A DNA stretch of 24,635 nt from a virus (lineage: Duplodnaviria > Caudoviricetes): positions 1-24,635 of IMG/VR virus record IMGVR_UViG_3300006120_000090. One strand, written 5' to 3'. A program made the translations under genes and the position numbers. The notes beneath the pieces were generated by a model. It ran no database searches, was not told the DNA's origin, and worked only from the letters and a program-made list of their open reading frames with translations. Of this stretch, positions 22,665-24,635 are shown piece after piece. Numbering within the stretch: position 1 is the first letter of the stretch; every line of letters begins with the position of its first letter.

Positions 22665-23023
22665 TTTGCCACCTCCTCCGGCTCACTTTCGACGAGCACG
22701 GCTGGCCCGTCGCAGTCACGCCACGTCACCTTGAAGCAGACTCCGCACACCGCTTGGTAGCAGTCGGCGTGTCCTCGTGAGCAGTCTTGCCACTCATCTC
22801 GGTCGCTCCCGTGAGCGCAGTTCTCGGGCTCCGCGGGCTCCGCGGACGGGTTCGCATCGTCAATCAGCACGAGGTCAAACGTGTTGGAGCAGTGCTCCAT
22901 CAGCGCCTCGGCGCGCTCCGGGAGGCCGCCCGAATTGGCGTACACGCGGGCAATCGCAAGGGCAACCATCATCGTTGCGTACTGCGAATTGCTCAGCGTC
23001 ACTCTGTAGTACGCGCTCATCAT
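22661..23023 (-). CDS. Hypothetical protein with Cys/His-rich C-terminus (120 aa)
   Basis: ATGA coupling to the YqaJ-like gene stop; CAH...C..GH..C....CGVC. Confidence 0.65.
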   Translation of the reverse strand: MMSAYYRVTLSNSQYATMMVALAIARVYANSGGLPERAEALMEHCSNTFDLVLIDDANPSAEPAEPENCAHGSDRDEWQDCSRGHADCYQAVCGVCFKVTWRDCDGPAVLVESEPEEVAK

Positions 23024-24039
23024 TCACCCTTCAGTCGCAGTACCCGATAGCCGGGCTTGGGCTTCATGAACTTGGCGGCAAGGTCCGGGTGGGCCTCCTT
23101 GAAGGCCTTGGCGTCAAACGTCTCGCTGTCCTTCGTGGCCTTATAGGTGAACAAGGTCTGACCCTCGTGGGTCATCGCTTCGGCCTCGCCAAGCGCCAAC
23201 TCCAACTGGCTTCGGAGCCGCTGGACCTCCTCGTCAAGCGCCTTCTGTCGCTCCTTGGCCGCTCGGTAGTCGGCCAGCGTATCCATCAAGAAATCATATG
23301 CCTCAACAGTGACGCCTTCCACGTGGCGCGGAAACATCTTGCCGATGGTTTCTGAGGTGCTCGTAGTGCCGTCTAATGCTGGTTCTGTCCCGGTCTTGAC
23401 CGATTCCCAGAACGCTGTTTCGCGGTCAATAGCGTCACGAATCTCACTGTCTCCGTACAAGCGGCCTCGGACCACGAGCCCTTCGCCAGCCACGAGGCAA
23501 GCAAACACCACCGCGTCGCACCCGGTCACGGCCGAATAGTGGAGGCCTTGGAGTTCATAGCCGCGCGGCACGTGGTTGTCGCGCCACTGGTCGGCGCTTC
23601 CGCGGCCAACAATTCCTGTCGTTTTGATTTCCAAGATGCTGTGCCACGTTGGCGGCGGGGTGGATTCCGTCCAGAGCGTCACTGTCCCCGGCTTGAATTG
23701 GTCATCGGGCTCGACGAGCAGGAAATCCAAGTTTGCCAGCATGAACGGGTGCGTCAGGCTCCGGAGCATTACCGGCCACTTGACTACGGCCGCGTCGCAT
23801 TCGGTGGCGAATCGCTGGGCTACGACATCCTCCAGCAGACTTCCCCATTCCATCGCATCGTTGGTCGTGTTCTCCCGAGGTACGCGCCCGGACTTTTCAG
23901 CCCACAACGTGTAGGCCGAGGTCCAAGGACTTTCGTTGTAAATACTGGCTAGGTCACTGCCGCCGATTCCGGTGGAGCGGGCGTCAAGCCATTGCTCGTG
24001 GGTCATCTGGTCTACCCAGCCCATTACTTCATACTTCAT
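23020..24039 (-). CDS. YqaJ-like viral recombinase / lambda-exonuclease family protein
   Basis: WLDARSTGIGGSD, SAYTLWAEK, AMEWGSLLE, MLANLD, LEIKT and YELQGLHY motifs. ATG 24039 with an AAGGGAG RBS. Confidence 0.92.
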   Translation of the reverse strand: MKYEVMGWVDQMTHEQWLDARSTGIGGSDLASIYNESPWTSAYTLWAEKSGRVPRENTTNDAMEWGSLLEDVVAQRFATECDAAVVKWPVMLRSLTHPFMLANLDFLLVEPDDQFKPGTVTLWTESTPPPTWHSILEIKTTGIVGRGSADQWRDNHVPRGYELQGLHYSAVTGCDAVVFACLVAGEGLVVRGRLYGDSEIRDAIDRETAFWESVKTGTEPALDGTTSTSETIGKMFPRHVEGVTVEAYDFLMDTLADYRAAKERQKALDEEVQRLRSQLELALGEAEAMTHEGQTLFTYKATKDSETFDAKAFKEAHPDLAAKFMKPKPGYRVLRLKGE

Positions 24040-24365
24040 TTTGTCTCCCTTGTTGTAAAGAATCCTGCTAATTCTGGCTCCCGCTCCATGAGCAGGCGGG
24101 CGTAGTAGGCCCGATAGTTGTTGTTGAGTTTGAATCCGCTGGTGTCGGTGGTCCGGGCGTACCATTCCCACCGCATCTGCTCGAATAGCATCGCGATGCC
24201 GATTTGCTTGTGGCCGCGCTCCCAGAGCGTCAGCGCGAGCCGCCGGAGTTCGAGATACACGCGAGGGTTGGCCGCGTGAAAGGCCTCGAAATTGTCCCTA
24301 ATGCTCGCGTTTGCGTTTGTTGGCGCTTCGGTCATAAACCAATTGCCGTTGTCTAGGAGCGTCAT
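24036..24365 (-). CDS. Conserved phage hypothetical protein
   Basis: FHAANPRVY, EQMRWE, FKLNNNYRAYYARL and GFF.TR pattern, recognised from a widespread uncharacterised phage family; ATGA coupling on both sides. Confidence 0.75.
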   Translation of the reverse strand: MTLLDNGNWFMTEAPTNANASIRDNFEAFHAANPRVYLELRRLALTLWERGHKQIGIAMLFEQMRWEWYARTTDTSGFKLNNNYRAYYARLLMEREPELAGFFTTRETK

Positions 24366-24635
24366 TTAGCCACTCCTAAAGCCACGTCCTGCGCCTTGGC
24401 CGCTGACTCCGCGAACTTGAACGCCTTGTAGCGCGTCTCGAACTCCTGAAACTTGCTCAAATCCCCAATGTTTCCAGAGAACGGGTCAATGTAGCGCACC
24501 GTGAATTTCCGGGGCTCTGGGTCGCTGTACGGCATCTCCATGCGCTCCGAGGTCACGAACACGTTTCCGAGTGTCCCGAACAGTTCTTTGCTGACTCGCG
24601 CTTTGAAGTATCGGAGCGCAAACGGGCTGAAGAAC
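24362..24635 (-). CDS. Conserved phage hypothetical protein, 5' end beyond the window
   Basis: Frame is open to the right edge: ...FFSPFALRYFKARVSKELFGTLGNVFVTSERMEMPYSDPEPRKFTVRYID...FQEFETRYKA. Confidence 0.65.
   Translation of the reverse strand, partial: FFSPFALRYFKARVSKELFGTLGNVFVTSERMEMPYSDPEPRKFTVRYIDPFSGNIGDLSKFQEFETRYKAFKFAESAAKAQDVALGVAK

Noticed and set aside
1-24635. tRNA, rRNA, intron, intein or alternative genetic code
   Set aside because: Intergenic gaps are short and explained by other elements. TerL, portal and capsid show no intein or homing endonuclease motifs. TAA, TAG and TGA all serve as normal stops at coupled gene junctions.

Overview
This 24.6 kb window (roughly 60% GC by eye) is a segment of a tailed, siphovirus-like phage or prophage genome, probably infecting an actinobacterial host (inference). 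Every credible gene lies on the minus strand. Reading in transcription order (right to left): a YqaJ-type exonuclease and a tightly coupled chain of small, Zn-binding and membrane micro-ORFs, containing two copies of a ~110 bp palindrome-bearing promoter/leader element. Next comes a DNA base-hypermodification cassette (ParB-like protein, TET/JBP 2OG-Fe(II) dioxygenase, amino acid:DNA transferase, P-loop kinase) joined by overlapping genes directly to terS-terL. The structural module follows: portal-MuF fusion, prohead protease with nested scaffold, major capsid, a GP88-like Cys-cluster protein, head-tail adaptor, tail terminator, major tail, tail assembly chaperone with a -1 frameshift, gp10-like protein, tape measure and a truncated minor tail protein. 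The most notable signal is a putative post-replicative, packaging-linked thymine hypermodification pathway. GATC, AGCT and TGCA also appear almost completely purged from the sequence. All family assignments come from motif recognition by eye; no database searches were run.
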